DNA of 64,000 bases from Octopus vulgaris (taxonomy: Eukaryota). The stretch lies in contig OX597819.1 in NCBI GenBank assembly GCA_951406725.2, positions 8,680,001 through 8,744,000 of the forward strand, in the 5' to 3' direction. The translations under genes were made by a program, and so were the position numbers. Shown here piece by piece: positions 39,238 to 52,825 of the stretch (position 1 is its first letter; every line of letters starts with the position of its first letter). The notes under the pieces were generated by a model, which had not been told where the DNA came from, did not search any database, and was given only the letters and a program-made list of their open reading frames with translations.

Positions 39238-39325
39238 ACATATCAACTTTAAAACAAAGCACTAGGCTAAGGTTAAAGCCTAAACTGTCAGCGAAACAAG
39301 CCAGCTAATAAACTGGCGCTATAAA

Positions 39326-39775
39326 GCGGTGAGCTGGCAAAGTATGAGCACGCCGGACAAAATGCTCAACGGCATTCCGTGCGTCTATAGGTTCTGAGTT
39401 CAAATTCTGCCGCGGTCGACTTTGCTTTTCATGCTTTTGGGGTCGATGAAATAAATAGCAGTTGAGCACCAGTGTCAATGTAATCTGTTTCTTTATTGCC
39501 CACAAGGAGCTAAACATAGAGGGGACAAACAAGGACAGACATAGGTATTAAGTCGATTACATCGATCCCAATGCGTAACTGGTACTTAATTTATCGACCC
39601 CGAAAGGATGAAAGGCAAAGTCGACCTCGGCGGAATTTGAACTCAGAACGCAACGACAGACGCAATACCGCTAAGCATTTCGCCCGGTGTGCTAACGTTT
39701 CTGCCAGTGTCAATGTAATCGACTGATCCCCTCCTCCCAAATTGCTGGCCTTGTGCCAAAATCTGAAACCAATAA
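39326..39775 (+). mobile_element. Older SINE family C copy interrupted by a nested inverted copy
   Basis: Head at 39326-39485; resumes after 39720. Confidence 0.75.
39486..39703 (-). mobile_element. SINE family C nested insertion with 17-bp TSD
   Basis: ccagtgtcaatgtaatc at 39469-39485 and 39704-39720. Confidence 0.85.
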
Positions 39776-40748
39776 GTTGGCGCTTCAATATTTGGGAAGA
39801 AATAGCGCACCGTCAGGGACAAGGAGTTCGAAGCTATCCCCACCCTTGGCTTTTCGCTACTTATGTGCAACAATAGAGACGATATATGGCTGAGCTATAC
39901 TGGCGTATAAATCCTCATGACCCTACTACATCACAAAACAATACTTTATCACTGTCCTGCACAGGGTGTTGAGAGTAAGACCTCAGCATCCAAGGTAGAT
40001 GCGTCGTCTGCAACACATGCGGCAGTAAAGGCGTAAAAGGCGTAGCTTTCAGTGAGACGCACCCAATCAAGGCCATATGAATCATATATTCAGTGCTAAC
40101 GTTACAGAAGAAGGCATCCGGTATGTATACATGGGGTCAGGGAGTCAGTCCCTTTGTGTAGCTTCTTGAACAAATGTCCACTAATCAGGGTGACAAAATA
40201 CTTTGTGAGTTACAGACGGAAGTTAAGAGAAAGAAAGCCGTGCACATCCCCACCACAAACACATACATACACACACACATTCACACACAGACATGTGCAT
40301 CGGCGTTTGAATGTGTACGTGTGCGTGTATCGGTGTGTATCCATGTATGTCTCTTGACAACCAAACAAATACAGTCTTTGTGCATGCCACTTGACAACTG
40401 GTGATGGTTTATTTAAATCTCCGCCATTTTGAGCTTCAATAAGAGACGGATCGTATAATTTCTGCACTTAAGTATTAATGTCGACTTTACACGTTACATC
40501 TCCTAACATACATAAATGTGTGTGTGTGTCTGCGTGCGTGTGTGTATCGTGTGTATACAAATTATGTCTATGTATATAAATAATATATTATCAAATAAAT
40601 ATATTTATTAATTTATTATTCTTAAATAAGAATATCAACTCTACAACTACAAAAGTATCGAGTAACCCATCAGATTAATGGAAAATTGCTTTTTATTATA
40701 ACTAAGCATAAAAGCAAACATTAACACATGTGTGTGTGTGTGTATGTT

Positions 40749-40874
<126 letters not shown>

Positions 40875-40915
40875 CGTACATACATATATGTGTGTGTGTG
40901 TGTATGTTTAAATAT

Positions 40916-40950
<35 letters not shown>

Positions 40951-40954
<4 letters not shown>

Positions 40955-41181
40955 CAACCGATAAGGGTGAGAAAAATGGTTACTAATTTAATAGCACAAC
41001 CATTTACCACCAAGTGGCTTAGTGCATAAAAAACCCGGATTACGACACATTTTATACGTAAATATAAGAGAGTGACCACCATGTGGTCTACTCTAGCACT
41101 AAAAATAGATCCGCAAGGTTTCAGCCACAAAAGAAATTGTTTCTGTTGAAAGTTAGCACTCACATTGTGGTCACTCTCTTA

Positions 41182-41186
<5 letters not shown>
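40951..41186. mobile_element. pLTR-like stub with partial inverted end
   Basis: aaatataagagagtgaccac (41060-41079) inverted at 41167-41186. Related to 12538 and 23691; (TA)n on both sides. Confidence 0.65.
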
Positions 41187-41235
<49 letters not shown>

Positions 41236-41451
41236 CGTACATACATATATGTGTGTATGTGTGTGTGTGTGTGTGAGTGTGTGTGTGTGCGTGTACTGCG
41301 TTTGACTACATTTCTTAATTTATCCATATTATTTAAAAACCTGTCGATTAAATAAGTACCAATCACCCACTGGGTCGATATACTCGACTATCCCCTTCAC
41401 TAAGATTTCAGCCCTTGTGCCTATAATAGAAAAGATTATTATCATTATTAA

Positions 41452-41938
41452 GGCGGTGAGCTGACAGAAACGTTAGCACGCCGGGCGAAATGCTTACCGG
41501 TATTTCGTCTGCCGTTACGTTCTGAGTTCAAATTCCGCCGAGGTCGACTTTGCTTTTCATCATTTCGGGGTCGATTAAATAAATACCAGTTACGCACTGG
41601 GGTCGATATAATCGACTCAATCCGTTTGTCTGTCCTTGTTTGTCCTCTCTGTGTTTAGGTCCTTGTGGGTAGTAAAGAAATAGGTATTTCGTCTGCCGTT
41701 ACGTTCTGAGTTTAAATTTTGCCGCGGTCGACTTTGCCTTTCATCCTTTCGGCCGCAATAAATTAAGTACCAGTTGAGTATTGGCTTCGATGCAAATGAC
41801 TGTCCTCCTTCCCAGAAAATCCAGTATAGTAGAAAATCCTATAGTAGAAAGGATTAAGTACCAGTTGAGTACTAGATTCGATGTAATCAACTCATCTCTT
41901 AACCTAAAAATGGCTGCCCTTGTGGCAAACCTTGTGAC

Positions 41939-41998
<60 letters not shown>

Positions 41999-42230
41999 CA
42001 TTATTATTATTACTATTAAGGAGGCGAACTGGCAGAATCTTTAACACGCCGGGTGAAATGCTTAGCGGCATTTCGTCTGCCGTTACGTTCTGAGTTTAAA
42101 TTCCGCCGAGGTCGACTTTGCCTTTCATCCTTTCAGGTTCGATAAAATAAGTACCAGTTGAACAATGATGTAATCGACTCCTCCCCTCCTCCAAAATTTC
42201 TGCCCTTGTGACAAGATTTGAAACCATTAT
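41452..42230 (+). mobile_element. Cluster of SINE family C copies with (ATT)n tails
   Basis: Heads at about 41452 and 42020, partial duplication at 41683-41790. Confidence 0.85.
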
Positions 42231-42268
<38 letters not shown>

Positions 42269-42969
42269 GTAGTAGTAGTAGTAGTAGTAGTAGTAGATTT
42301 TGCCACCTAAATGTGGCTAACCCTTAAGGGTTGATGCTACTGTAGCTTGTAGCCTATCGTAGTAATAGTAGGAACAGCAGCAGCAGCAGTAGCAAATTCC
42401 TACAAGCAAAAGAAACATCAGATTTTATACCTTACAATATACATTGATACCAACAAATAGGTTATAAATTTGCAACGTACCCGATTCCACTTATTATTTC
42501 TATCCCTTCCCACCACGTTTACCTGAAATAATTACTAGCCATATATTGATATCGACTGAATACACTGTATCCCCCATCCACGCTCAATATCCATCAATGA
42601 TCTGTGGTTTTGTGCCAACTGAAGAGGTTATGACTATTCTTATATCTATCAGTTTCAAAGGAGTAAACTAGAAAACACGGTAAAAATAATTCTGTTTAGA
42701 CAAATATCATTTGCACTCAGATGACTCACACAAACCGTAATTTAAACAGTCGCAGTTTTATAAACTAAATGCACCTAAGTTCCAATTTATTTTTCCTTTG
42801 TTCCCTAATGAATTGAGAACTTAGCATTAAATCAGAATACGCTTAATCACAGGTACATACATTCATACCATGCCAACATATGTGTGTGTATGTATGTTCA
42901 ATGTGTGTGCAATGTGTGTGTGCAAGTGCGTGTGTCGAAGGCATGGCTGTGGGGATCGATATATCTTCT

Positions 42970-43186
42970 TCTTTTTATCTTTTACTTGTTTCAGTCATTT
43001 GACTGCGGCCATGCTGGAGCACCGCCTTTAATCGAGCAACTCGATCCCGGGACTTATTCTTTTGTAAGCCCAGTACTTATTCTATCGGTCTCTTTTAGCC
43101 GAACCGCTAAGTGACGGGGACATAAACACACCAGCATCGGTTGTCAAGCAATGCTAGGGGGACAAACACAGACACACAAACACACA

Positions 43187-43223
<37 letters not shown>

Positions 43224-43386
43224 GACGGGCTTCTTTCAGTTTCCGTCTACCAAATCCACTCACAAGGCTTTGGTCGGCCCGAGGCTATAGTAGAAGACAC
43301 TTGCCCAAGGTTCCACGCAGTGGGACTGAACCCGGAACCATGTGGTTGGTAAACAAGCTACTTACCACACAGCCACTCCAGCGCCT
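42970..43386 (-). mobile_element. SINE family A
   Basis: Full reverse copy; a much older plus-strand copy follows at about 43420-43760. Confidence 0.9.
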
Positions 43387-43775
43387 ATATGTTTTGTTTG
43401 CTTCTCTATCAAGTTTCTAGTTTAGTTTCAGTTCCACTAGATGGCACCTTGGGGCAGTGTCCTTTACTATATCCCCCTCCTCTGGGCTATATGGGTGAAT
43501 TTGGTATTCAGAAACTGTGCGGACGCCCGTCAACTATCTATCTGTCTCTCTATTTATCTATCTTCTATCTATTTATCTGTTTGTTTGTGTGTGTTCGTAC
43601 GTTTATTTCTCGATCGTCGTAGGTTCAATTCACTAAATTACTGAGATAGAATAAATACCAAATTAAAAAAACAAATAAATGCTGAAGATGATTAGATCGG
43701 CTAAAGGCCTCCCTGGTGTTGTACCAACGTAACAACAACCGAATGAATGGAACAAGAAAAATATAAGGCATAAAA

Positions 43776-43843
<68 letters not shown>

Positions 43844-43873
43844 GAAAGAATGGAGTCGAACGACGATTTAACA

Positions 43874-43978
43874 AAATTCCTTTATTCTCGACATATGTTT
43901 CGAAGACTGCATATTCTCAATTCCGAAGGAATAAAGGGTGCATTATGCCGCCTTCTCATCAGGAAAGACAAGGAATTT
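43874..43978 (-). ncRNA. Type I hammerhead ribozyme, canonical core with GUC site
   Basis: Minus strand: aaattcctt-gtc-TTTC CTGATGA GAAGGC-g-GCATA...TATGC-a-GTCTTC GAAA CATATG TC GAGA-ata-aaggaattt. Stem I has a 3x3 internal loop and a 9-bp distal helix. Lies in a 200-bp stub between (TA)n runs. Confidence 0.85.
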
Positions 43979-44036
43979 ATGTCAGCGTCATGACGAACAA
44001 AAACATTTAGATGACTGTCCACACGGAGTCCATAGT

Positions 44037-44093
<57 letters not shown>

Positions 44094-44094
<1 letters not shown>

Positions 44095-44440
44095 TAGCCT
44101 TATGACCCGGCAACACCAGGCCATAGTTCTAGTGCATGCATATACAGCTGCGTGCGTGCGCACATTGACGCGAGTACTATCCAAATCTCCGGTCAATCAC
44201 ATACAGCTAGTTGGCATTCAATTGGCGTATCAAGTTTCGAGCATTTTGATTGGGTTTTGTATAGAAAATTCACAAAAAGTCACTTCTATTGACTTTTAAT
44301 GGCTTTGCGGGGAGACAGTGGAAATGCAAAGATGTGCACGACCACCCTTGGATGGTTTTCAATAACCATAGAAAGTGCAAGCCCACTATCGGGATTTATA
44401 TAAAGGACACACACTCACAGATATTTTGCCGTTTATATAT
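44094..44440 (-). mobile_element. Non-autonomous Helitron-like element
   Basis: A-CTAG left end with hairpin tatgacccggcaacaccaggccata; related hairpin at 17004-17035 and related 5' end at 34926. Confidence 0.6.
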
Positions 44441-44664
44441 ATATATTTTTTTTTATTGTGTACAAATAACAGGGAAAAATAAATAAATAGTTACCAGGGT
44501 AGCAAAAATTCACATAAGTGTCAAGGATATTACTTATAAAGGTAGAAATTCCAATGAAAGACAAAGTCGATTTCGGCGGAATTTCAATTCAGAACGTAGC
44601 GGCAGACGAAATACCGCTAAGCATTTCGTCCGACGTGCTAACGATGATGCCAGCTCGACGCGTA

Positions 44665-44729
<65 letters not shown>

Positions 44730-44860
44730 TAATAATAATAATAATAGTGATAATAATAATAATGATAATAATAATAGTGATAATAATAATATTGATAATA
44801 ATAATAATAATAATAATATTAATAATAATAATAATAATAACAATAATAATAATAATAATA
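44665..44860. repeat. (AAT)n microsatellite
   Basis: Directly visible; source of the poly-N/L/I ORFs. Confidence 0.95.
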
Positions 44861-44861
44861 A

Positions 44862-45287
44862 GATTTGCTTGTCAGTTGTTTGACCATAACCAGTTGAGCA
44901 TGTCCCTTAGTGGCTGACGATATGTGCATCTCTGATCACGAGCAGAAGTAGTGGGGGAGCATCATAGCCATGTGTTGAGAGGGATTCTTTGGGGTTTGAA
45001 TAATTCACCTCTGGAGACATGGGCGGGTTTTTCAACATCCTTAAACAACCCTTATTCAGGGACCGTTTGAGCGGGATGGGCTACTCAACCTGAAGAAAAT
45101 TCTAAATGGGCCCCACCTGCAAGGTCATGTGCAGTTTATCTTGATATGAGATCACCATGCCGCGCACATATGGTTGTGATGCATGTGCCTGGTGTGCCCT
45201 TATCAGACGGGTAGTCATGATGGGTATATTGGGCTTCGTATATTTTACCCCAGTGTCACTTTGATGGCATGAACTGCTCTCTCACTC

Positions 45288-45288
<1 letters not shown>
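44862..45288 (+). mobile_element. Retroposon or LINE 3' end with (AAT)n tail, inserted in (AAT)n
   Basis: Flanked by (AAT)n on both sides; partial second copy at 11010-11170. Confidence 0.65.
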
Positions 45289-45349
<61 letters not shown>

Positions 45350-45353
<4 letters not shown>

Positions 45354-45845
45354 CATGCCTCCTCATTGATAAGACTGTCCCAATCGATATAAACGGATGG
45401 TAGTCGAACCAAGAAAAAAAGGTCAGGCTTGGCCGTGCACCATCTATATTCCTCACCATGCCTGTTATTTGTTATGTCCTGCCGTAGGGCTTCACTTCCA
45501 CACACACCAGTTTTATTTAATTCGTCCTTAGTCGAAAGACACCTGTTGTTATGTCATGTTATTTGCATTTGTATATGCGTACCATTTCTCTGGGGGGTTT
45601 TTTCGTCCTTATTTTCGTATATATTCGCTGCTTTCTTCCAAGGCATCTAGTGCTTTTAGCTTTGATTTTCCTTTGGAGCTGGCCAGATTGGAACAATCTC
45701 GAGTATAACCAGTCGAAATTGCAAAGATAATCTGGAACTCGACTGAGGAAAGAAAACTTCGAATGACCGCTCTGTGTTTTTTCTCCTCACTTTTTTGTAT
45801 CATCTAGCTGTCTGCGTGTTTTGCGTTCTTGTCCCATTTTTTATT

Positions 45846-45848
<3 letters not shown>
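45350..45848 (+). mobile_element. Penelope-like pLTR stub, paralog of 1555-2066, with degenerate hammerhead at about 45356-45430
   Basis: Shared blocks in the same order. TTGATAA GACT..AGTC GAA CC..GG TC AGG lies at the position matching the 1982-2066 ribozyme, with one core A missing. Confidence 0.55.
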
Positions 45849-45888
<40 letters not shown>

Positions 45889-46954
45889 GTGTGTGTGTGT
45901 GTCTATACCCTTTCTCTGTCCTTTCTCTGACTAAGTTCATTGAAGTGCACCAGTGTTAAACGGTTTGATAAAATAAGTACCTAGTTGAAAGAAGAATAAG
46001 AGTCAATAAGCTCGTTCAAATTTTTTAGTTAAATGTAACGAACTTTGAAGAAATTCTTTCAAGTGAAGGTCTTAATTTGTGAGTAGCTATGGAAGTATCA
46101 TGGGATAACATGTTCCAATCGAACAGACGATCACTTAAGACAAGCTTACTAAACGAAAATACAGTGAACTCAAGGTATACAGGGGACAATTGTGAAAAAA
46201 ATGGAAGGACATCTTACATAGCGAAATAGAAGAGAGTTTTGACAGGAATAAGAGAGAATGGTCTCAAAAATTATATATATAAAAGAAAGAGAAGTCAATC
46301 CGTAAAGAAAAACTGAAACAAATCATCTTAGCGGTGGTATAATGAAGACAGTACGTGAGAGTAAGATATTTGAGAATAACGTATTTGTGAAAATAAGTTG
46401 TCTAAAACAAAAGTGAAAAATCCAACAAAAACATTTGGAGAAAATATATGACACCGAGTAACAAAAATTTTAAAAACAAAAACTACTGAGGGAAAATATT
46501 GTCGGTGTGCTGGGTATGATAAAAAAAGAAGCATGAACTAAAACACAAAAGCCATACCGGGGTTTACAGTTTTACATGTAATCCAATAAAAAGCTCTATT
46601 GCACACAGAGCATAGTCTACATCAACTTTTTCAATTTAGTAACACGATTTACGCAGAACATATTCTTACATCTTCTCAACATAGAAATGCTTTTCACAAC
46701 AAAGAATAACACCAAAAATAACACAAAAGCGAGAAAACAACATAACATATACGATATAACACAAACATCTTTTCATTCCAGGCGACACACGTTCAAGATT
46801 TTAAGTTAGGTCATATTGAAATTGTGACTATTATACTTCATTCCATTCCGGGTATATTAGTGACTGATACTTCATATCAGAAATTAATGGAAACGGTTTA
46901 CTAAAGTTGTAGCACTGTAGTATACTCCTATCCGTCTGTATGCGTGTATGAATA

Positions 46955-47460
46955 TCATCATCATCATTATCATTATCATTTAGCGTCCGCTTTCCATGCT
47001 AGCATGGGTTGGACGGTTCAACTGGGGTCTGGGAAGCCAGAAGGCTGCATCAGGCCCAGTCTGATCTGGCAATGTTTCTACGGCTGGATGCCCTTCCTAA
47101 CGCCAACCACTCCATGAGTGTAGTGGGTGCTTTTAACGTGCCACCCGCACAGGTGCCAGACGGGGCTGGCAAACGACCACGGACGGATGGTGCTTTTTAC
47201 GTGCCACCGGCACGGAGGCCAGGCGGGGCTGGCAACGGCCACGATCGGATAGTGCTTTTTATGTGCCACCGGTACGGGGGCCAGGCGAGGCTGGCAACGG
47301 CCACGAACGGATGGTGCTTTTTACGTGCCACCGGCACGGAGGCCAGTCGGGGTGGCGCTGGCAACGGCCACGATCGGACGGTTCGCTTACTTGTCACCGG
47401 CACTGGTATCACAGCTGCAATTTCCATTGATGTTGATCGACTTCGATTTTGGTTCTGCTT
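46955..47460 (-). mobile_element. Retroposon with (GAT)n tail and internal tandem array (RTE-related SINE, tentative)
   Basis: Minus: ggcgttaggaagggcatccagccgtagaaac...catgctagcatggaaagcggacgctaaatgataatgat. Confidence 0.6.
47127..47380. repeat. Four tandem copies of a roughly 62-bp GC-rich unit
   Basis: gtgctttttacgtgccaccggcacggaggccaggcggggctggcaacggccacgatcggat, four diverged copies. Confidence 0.9.
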
Positions 47461-48920
47461 TCTGATATCTGATTTGATTTGATTTGATTTTGATTTTGGG
47501 TGATGTATGTGTGTGTGTATATTTGTGTTTCTTTTTGTGCATGCATCTGCGTGTGTGTGTGAGTAAGTGTGTGAGAATGTGTGTGATTGTGTTTTGTGAA
47601 TATTTGCGCATACCTCTCACAAAAGGTGAGTTCATGGTTTGCACTGTAAAATAAGTTCATGACCTGCGCTGAAATTTGTTCTGGATTTTCATTGAAATAA
47701 TTCTATTTATCTCACGACTCTCATGATTTTTTTCTTTCTTTTTCATTAAGAAATTAATGAATTCCCCTCCCTTCTCTCTCTTCAAAAATCCTTGGTTTCA
47801 TGCCTACGTTACTTGCAATTTTATTTTCAGCAGATGAAATCATGCGATAACATTCTATTAAAATTTTCATCTTTTATGACTTCGAGCATTTACATAATGA
47901 ACTAAAGATCCCTCATAGCATATACAAAGTCCTTGGCAACGTCACAGTGAGTTTCAATTCTGGCCGAAACCACCTGTCCTTCACTTACGTCACCAATATC
48001 CAAAGCAAAAGCATGATACTCGCATGTTCTCACCATCAGTTACTTCTGAACTATACTGTTTTGTGGTTTGATAATACATAACTAATAGCGAATATATGTA
48101 AGTTGTAAAATAAACCGCATCTCATGTGACTTAATAAATATCTAATCGCAGTTGGGTTTGTATCGCTAAGCTCTAAATTCAAATTTCATCTAAGTCAAAT
48201 TTGCCATTTATTGCTTTAGATCCGATTAAATATCAGTAATATACTGACCTAGATTTAATCTGCAATGCCGTTCCCCCGCGTCTTTCTCTCTCTCTCTCTC
48301 TCATTCTTCCTCGCCCTCTCGGTCTTTATATTTATACGTATACATGCATATATGTATGTGTAATTTATACACACACACACACCTATATATATATATATAT
48401 ATATGTATATGTATACACACACACACACACACACATCATTCCAGAATTAGACCGCGTCTAAGTCAAAAGCCATTATTTTCCTTCGGTATACAGGCAACTA
48501 GTCTCTTTGCATCATTACAGATTTTACAGAGATAACTATGCGAGAAAATATTGTAATCGTATCAAGCTGGATATGGTTTCATGAAAACCACGTTATACTG
48601 GATCATTGTAAACCATTAAGTGATCAGAAATCAGATAACTCTCTGAATTTGAAAATACTTTAGAAATTTGACACTTTGAAGTTCTCTACTGCTGGAAATT
48701 TAACCCATTTAGATTCATATACATAACACAATGAAATCTAAAATACCCATATGAGCTCTGAAGTGCTTACGGAAATTATTGTTTAGCTCTGGTAACAAAG
48801 TATTAAATGGATTAAATATAGCAACTCTTGCCCTAGATACAACACTTGCATATTGCAAAGTAAGAGCCTTAAGAAGCCGAACACATATTGCATTCTGCCT
48901 GGTAATATAAAATTAAATAT

Positions 48921-49301
48921 GGAGGCGCAATGGCCCAGTGGTTAGGGCAGCGGACTCGCGGTCATAGGATCGCGGTTTCGATTCCCAGACCGGGCGTTGT
49001 GAGTGTTTATTGAGCGAAAACACCTAAAGCTCCACGAGGCACCGGCAGGGATGGTGGTGATCCCTGCTGTACTCTTTCGCCACAACTTTCTCTCACTCTT
49101 ACTTCCTGTTTCTGTTGTACCTGTATTTCAAAGGGCCGGCCTTGTCACTCTCTGTGTCACGCTGAGTATCCCCGAGAACTACGTTAAGGGTACACGTGTC
49201 TGTGGAGTGCTCAGCCACTTACACGTTAATTTCACGAGCAGGCTGTTCCGTTGATCGGATCAACCGGAACCCTCGTCGTCGTAACCGACAGAGTGCTTCC
49301 A
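48921..49301 (+). mobile_element. SINE family B with TSD
   Basis: Full copy; ataaaattaaat on both flanks. Confidence 0.92.
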
Positions 49302-49492
49302 TTCCATAAAATTAAATCTTATATTCTGCCAAATATGCAAAAGCCGCCTTTGCTGTGTTCGAATTCTTGGTTTTTCGGTTAATAGTCTTTAAGCACGCAC
49401 ACGCACACACATGCACAGACCTATTCACACATACACGCGTCCCCCAACACACACACACACACATTTGCCTTGATATAATAACCTCAATTGTA

Positions 49493-49710
49493 AGGCGGAG
49501 AGCTAGCAGAATCGTTTAGCTCGACGAGCAGAACGCATAGTGGCATTTTGTCTGTCTTTACGTTCTGAGTTCAAATTCCACCGAAGTCAACTTTACTTTT
49601 CTTCCTTTCGGGGTCGATAAAATAAGTATCAGCTGAGTACTAGGGCTGATATAGTCGACTTATCCCACCCCACTGCTTGCTGGTCTTGTGTCGAAGTTTA
49701 AAACCAGTAT
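49493..49710 (+). mobile_element. Diverged SINE family C
   Basis: ggcggagagctagcagaatcgtt...gagttcaaattcc...ctttcggggtcgataa. Confidence 0.75.
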
Positions 49711-49743
49711 TATGATTTCAGTTTCACAATTATATACATACAA

Positions 49744-49795
<52 letters not shown>

Positions 49796-49809
49796 ATACA
49801 TATATATAT

Positions 49810-49975
49810 ATACGACGGGCTTCTTTCAGCTTCCGTCTACCAAATGCACTCACAAGGCTTTGGTCGGCCGAAGGCTATAGTAGAAGACACTTGCCCAATG
49901 TGCCACGCAGTGGGACTGAACCCGGAACTGTGTGGTTGGTAAGCAAGCTACTTATCACATAGCCACTCCTGCGCA
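49810..49975 (-). mobile_element. SINE family A, 5' half
   Basis: Reverse head. Confidence 0.85.
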
Positions 49976-51434
49976 TGTATATAACTGTGAAATTAAGATT
50001 ACAATTTTAAAGCAAATTTACAAATAACAGTAGAAGTATATTTACTGATGGGGGGGGGGGGGAGTTCACTATTGATAGTAGAGTCAGATTTATGATATTT
50101 GTAATACAAAATTCAAAATATAAATCTCTTCCGATTTACCGAACCAGCAAAGGAATATGCCGTCACGAATCACTTAAAATCCCAGTCAACGTAATTTTTA
50201 GTGTGTGCGTGTGTGTTTGTATCCACCAGCTCGTTTAATCTCATGCTTTTTTCTCTAATAATACTGTCAAAACCGCATTTTACAATACGCATTGCAACAG
50301 TACTTACAGTAGTTGCTAAAACACATTTTTCATACTTACGCAGTGCAAGTAACTTACACTGATTTGCCTTTAGACCAGTTTGTAGTACTCATGTTATCAG
50401 CGCCTAGAAATCATTCACTTCTCCACTTAACTGTTTCTGTTAATTAACTCTTCCTAACAGACTTAAATTGACTGAGGTAAAATATATAAATTAAAACTAA
50501 TTTCGACATTTTCATGTATATGACTGTTACTTCTCTGTTTTTGTTTTGTTTCGTTTTTGCCATCGACGGGATGCTAGTTAGTTCGGTTTGCTATAATAGA
50601 GTTAATATAATTTGATTAGAAGTATCAATGAAACACATTACTTCTCTAGTATCAACTTGCTCCCATGTGCCTTACAAAGGAAATACCATATCAGTTTTCC
50701 CAGTAAGATATGAAATCCCACGACAAATTTAGTGAAGTTTGAAACGATTATTTAGCTTCCAAATCAATTAATTCTGTTTTCAGATGATTCTCTTCATACA
50801 ATCGTTCTATTTCGGCCAACATTCCAATCAGTTTGTAGGCATCTGTAGGCATACATTGAGATATGCAATTGAAAAGAAAACCTGATTAAGAGTCAACACT
50901 TCGCATATTGTCAAAGGTGCAGTGATGCGCTTAATGCCAACGTACTTAAATCTCATCCTGCGGGTTTGTGAATGTGTGCATGTATGTGTGTGTGTTTGTG
51001 TGTGTATGTGCGCGCGCGCATGTGTTTGTGAGTCAATATATTCACTCGCCTCTCAAAACCAAATGCATACACAAAAAAGGCACTCACAAACACCCTTCTT
51101 GTCTTCAAATTTTTAACATCCTAGCGAGAGTAAATATATACGCTATAAAAAAATATTTTACCACAAACTAAGAAAATTGAACCAGAGGCTTCCTTGTTGC
51201 TAATGCGAAGGAAATCGTAATTATTCTAGAAATAAACTGGTCTAAACAATAGACTAAATGAGTTTCTCTGTTATGAAAGGAAGATCAAATTCATCTTTAG
51301 CATTTTCTTTATGGATAATCGCAACATGCTGTCGAGTGATAATATAGAAAGTCGCTCACGAGTATTAACAAGTGTCATTCCATAGCTGTAGACATCTGTA
51401 TGTTGTATTCAGTATTGCATTAGTATTATATAGC

Positions 51435-51765
51435 GGAATGGCCCAGTGGTTAGGGCAGTGGACTCGCGGTCGTAGGATCGTGATTTCGATTCCCACACCG
51501 TGCGTTGTGAGTGTTTATTGAGCGAAAACACCTAAAGCTCCACGAGTCAGGGGTTGTGGTGAATCCTGCTGTACTTTTCACCACATCTTTCTCTCACTTA
51601 TTCTTCCTGTTTCTGTTGTACCTCTATTTCAAAGGGTCACGCTGAATCTCCCCGAGAACTACGTTAAGTGTGCACGTGTCTGTGGAGTGCTCAGCCACTT
51701 GCACGTTAATATGAATGAGCAGGCTGTTCAACTGGAACCCTCGTTATCGTAACCGAAGGAGTGCC
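51435..51765 (+). mobile_element. Diverged SINE family B
   Basis: Head and tail recognisable, internal deletions. Confidence 0.85.
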
Positions 51766-51914
51766 ACGACTGTTATATAGTGAATCGCATGCAGTTTTAT
51801 ACTCGGTATTGCCTTCAAGTTTGCACAGCATTAAAATAAACATGCATTTTGTCTCGGTGTGAGAATATAATCTGTGGAGTATAACCTGTAAAATAAATAC
51901 CTATTTCTTTGCAC

Positions 51915-52080
51915 GCGCAGACGTGTCTGTGTTGTGAGAAGCTTACTTCCCAACCACATGGTTCCGGGTTCAGTCCCACTCCGTGGCACCTTAGGCAAGT
52001 GTCTTCTGCTATAGCTTCAGGCCGACCAAAACCACGTAAGTGGATTTGGTAGACGGAAATGGAAAGAAGCCCGATGTATG
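51915..52080 (+). mobile_element. SINE family A, 5' half
   Basis: Head match followed by (TG)n. Confidence 0.8.
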
Positions 52081-52187
52081 TGTGTGTGTGTGTGTGTAGA
52101 AGGTTGAAAAGGAACACACGAGTTCAAGGTAGTAAAAATGCTATAATATTTTCAAGGTAGAAAATGCTAAAATAATTTCATAAAACA

Positions 52188-52231
52188 CATTTCAGTACCG
52201 GTTTCAGTCCTTGAGACTTTTTCAACTGTAA
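52188..52231 (-). ncRNA. Minimal hammerhead ribozyme, U3-A8 variant, in a solo pLTR stub (about 52098-52330)
   Basis: Minus strand: ttaCAG TTGAAAA AGTC tcaag GACT GAAA CCGG TA CTG aaatg. Homolog of 20472-20519 with a compensatory G-C to A-U change in stem II; the flank aaattattttagcattttcta is also shared. Confidence 0.8.
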
Positions 52232-52754
52232 GTATGGAAAACAATTAAATTTGGGAAAAATTAAAAGAAAAGTTTTATAATATTTGCATATTATTCAAAG
52301 AAAGGCACAAAATTTTTCATTTTCAGTATAAAAAGTAATTAACATTCCACATCTCTAAGACGTATCTCTGAAAAATTTCACTTAAAAATATGCACAACTA
52401 AAACAGTTAAGAGGAAATAGAAGTTTGAGTGGGTGTTCACAAAAGATTGCGGCATAACAAATATAGCATAACTTCTAGTTATGCTATATACGATATTGGA
52501 AATATATACACTGATCCTTGAACATGTAGGAATAAGATAAATACACTTTCAGACGACTTGCAACCTGTGGAGTGCATTGATAAATAATTTCCACATATGA
52601 AATGATAATCAGCAAGATAAATGGAGAGAGAGCGTTCACGTGTGGTTGCAGAGTCTGCTAAGTTTCCAGAGACATGGATAAAAGAAGACTTTGAACAGGA
52701 TTAATAGTAAACAAAATTATAGAGAATACTAGAAACATCCTACTTTTGTTTGTG

Positions 52755-52794
52755 TGTGTATGTATGTGTGTATACATGCATGTATGTATGTAAG

Positions 52795-52825
<31 letters not shown>

